Positions 61,490-64,000 of a stretch of 64,000 nucleotides of DNA are shown here, piece by piece (position 1 is the stretch's first letter; every line of letters starts with the position of its first letter). The stretch lies in contig CM059432.1 of assembly GCA_030390025.1 (NCBI GenBank), positions 34,784,001 to 34,848,000 on the forward strand. The letters are read 5' to 3'. This DNA is from Squalus acanthias (lineage: Eukaryota). The notes under the pieces were generated by a model. It was not told where the DNA came from and ran no database searches. It was given only the letters and a program-made list of their open reading frames with translations. Position numbers and translations under genes: made by a program.

Positions 61490-62800
61490 TACTGTTTTGA
61501 AATTTTTAGAATTTTTTCCCTCATACTCCCTCTTAGTTTTCCTTATCCTGCTCTTAAATTCTTCTTATTTTTTCATATTCTCCTTTAGTTTTTTCATAAT
61601 TATTATTCTCATAGTTCTTAAGACCCTCATTAATTGGTTTCTAACCTCTTGGTTTAACCATGACATCCTAAAACTACAAGTAGCTTCCTTTTTTAATGGA
61701 ATATACTTATACTGTACCTCTGCAATCTCTCTTGTTAAAAACATCCCACTGTTGTTTTAAAATCCTGATTCCCAATTTCTCCTTCCACTTCACTTCTGCT
61801 AGCTCACTCCTCATCTTTCTAAAAGCTGCCCTAATCCAATCTGGTGTTCTAGGTTTTGTATTGACATTTTCCCTTTCTAGTTTGATATTAAACCTGATCA
61901 TATTGTCGTCACTGCTCCCAAGGTGCTCACCCACATTTAGCTCATCTGCCTGATCTATTTCATTACTCAGAACCAGACCTAGCATTGTCTCTGCCCTTGT
62001 AGGCTGACTAACACACTGCTTGAGGAAGGAGTCCTGTACACATTTTCGGAACTCCATTCCCTTTTCTCCATTTACTCCCTCACTGCCCCAATCGATAATT
62101 AACATATCCCAGAACAATAATTCTGTTATTCCTATTCATCTCTCTAATCTCGTATCATAGAATCATAGTATGATGCAGCACAGGAGGAGGCCATTCGGCC
62201 CATCGTGCCTGTGCCGGCTCTTTGTTAGAGCTATCCAATTAGTCCCACTCTCCTGCTCTTTCCCCATAGCCCCATAATGTCTTTCCCTTCAAATATTTAT
62301 CCAATTCACTTTTGAATGTTACTATTGAATCTGCTTCCACCACCCTTTCAGGCACTGCATTCCAGATCACAACAACTTGCTGTGTAAAAATATTTCCTCA
62401 TGTGGCCTCTGGTTCTTTTGCCAATCACCTTAAATCTGCGTCCTCTGGTTACCGACCCTTCTGCCACTGGAAACAATGTCTCCTTATTTACTCTATCAAA
62501 ACCATTAATGATTTTGAACACCTTGATCAAATCTCCTCTTAACCTTCTCAACCTAATCTGACTGCAGATTTCTTCTTCCTTTTCCTTCCCACAGTGTGGA
62601 GGTCTGTAATACACCCCTACTAATGGAACAGGCCATTTTATATCTTTGAGATACAAACTCTCTCTGTAACCTTTTTTGTCTACATCAATCCTCTCTACAA
62701 CATGGATTCCCTCTTTAACTGATATTGCCACTTTGTATCCTTTCTTATATTTTCTATCCCTTCTAAATATATTATCTCCCAATGTTCCATTCTTGTCCAG
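61490..62800 (-). mobile_element. Old CR1 endonuclease region with a younger CR1 3' fragment inserted (62151-62552)
   Basis: GVYYRPP and EHLGSSDDN motifs; the insert is flanked by CTAATCT at 62144 and 62553. Confidence 0.8.
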
Positions 62801-62931
62801 TTGGCAGCCAGATTTCAGTTAATGCTATTTATAGTTTTTTCTGTAAAATAATTGCTTCCAGTTTATTTCCCACACTCTGCACATTGCAGTACATGCATCT
62901 TAACCCTTTTTGTTTGCTTTTTTAAACACTA

Positions 62932-64000
62932 CAGCTGTGAAATTGGAGCCTTTAGCATGGCTGCTGAGGCCGAATTTGAAGAAAAAATGGCGGCCGCCAC
63001 GCTTCCACCCGCTTCCAGCAGGTCCTGCGGCAGCCGCCATTTTGGGCAGGTCAGCAGCGCTGCCATTGCCTGCGTTCGCTCCAGATATTTAGATAACGCA
63101 GATCGTGATGTCAATGAGTGTGCAACGCTGATTTGACATACAATCTGCCATTTTCGACGTCGCCACTCCATTTAACGCCCTCTCCTAATCACGAACAGTT
63201 GACCATGCGTTCAGCAGCAGGAAGGAGCCCCAGGCTGTTTGAAGAGATCATCAACAACTTGCAGCTGACTTGCTTTTTCATTTCTACTGGCTGTGTAAGT
63301 TTGTGCAACTGTTTGGAGCTTTCCAGAGTTATTTAAAATTGCTGAGGTGACAGGGAGTGTTGTTGCAAGTGGAGAACGCCTTGCTTCTCATTTAAAGGGT
63401 TCTGCTCACACCACTTGCTCCCAGTCATTGGGGCTCTACTTGCAGTCCCCCTCGTGCTCGAGAATGACAGGGAGATGGAGCGGAGGCAGCGAAGAAGAGG
63501 ATGATGTGCTCACAGAGGGAGGAGGAGGAGGAGGGTTCTCAGCAGGAGGCCTTATGCACATAGGGTCTTCTGAGAGCACTTTACCTGAACTTAAGCAAGG
63601 AGCAGTGTATTCACAGAACACTGCCACCTCTTGCAAGCAGACCTGCAGCCTCAGAGCAGGGCGACCACAGCTCTCCCAGTGGCTCTCAATGTCACCGTGG
63701 CCCTCAATCTTTTCGCCACCGGATCCTTCCAGCCTGGAGCAGAAGACATAGCTAACATCTCCCAGTTCGCCGTCCATCGCTGCATCCGGGAGGTCACAGA
63801 GGCTCTCTACTCCAGGAGAAGAGACATCATTGTCTTCGTTCTGAACAGAGAGAAGCAGGAGGAGCGCATATGTGGCTTTGCCAGGATATCGGGCTTCCCC
63901 ATGGTGCAGGGCACCATCGACTGCACACACCTGGCTTTGCAGGCACCGCATATCAATCCTGAGATGTTCTGTAACTGCAAAGGCTACCACTCACTTAATG
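62932..64000 (+). mobile_element. PIF/Harbinger transposon 3, left part with a degraded transposase (about 63425 to the window end)
   Basis: ALNLFATGSFQ and GFPMVQGTIDCTHL..KGYHSLN. Confidence 0.85.

Noticed and set aside
61497..61760. Hydrophobic 87-aa membrane protein ORF
   Set aside because: It is the antisense reading of a lysine-rich CR1 ORF2 linker.

Overview
Repeat-dominated vertebrate genomic DNA. The repeat families (HER1-type CR1 LINEs, HE1-type V-SINE, SacSINE1-type DeuSINEs, L2, Penelope, PIF/Harbinger) point to a shark or other chondrichthyan; this is an inference. Nearly all long ORFs in the track are broken CR1 or Harbinger fragments. One host gene is visible that the ORF track does not assemble: the first two coding exons of a secreted phospholipase A2 (group I/X-like) on the minus strand at 5255-5216 and 114-<1. 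A possible 5' end of a second, plus-strand gene lies at about 41.5-42.0 kb. The main structure is a Harbinger DNA transposon (about 13.2-26.8 kb). Its three-exon Myb/SANT gene is split in frame by a 10-kb stack of three nested CR1s, plus two Harbinger MITEs sitting in adjacent units of the outer CR1's microsatellite tail. A second Harbinger (36.5-40.3 kb) has an internal inversion of its Myb gene. Several Penelope-type elements carry minimal hammerhead ribozyme motifs. There are two minisatellites and no CRISPR array, rRNA or true tRNA gene. Family names come from recalled consensus motifs, not a database search, and most repeat boundaries are approximate.
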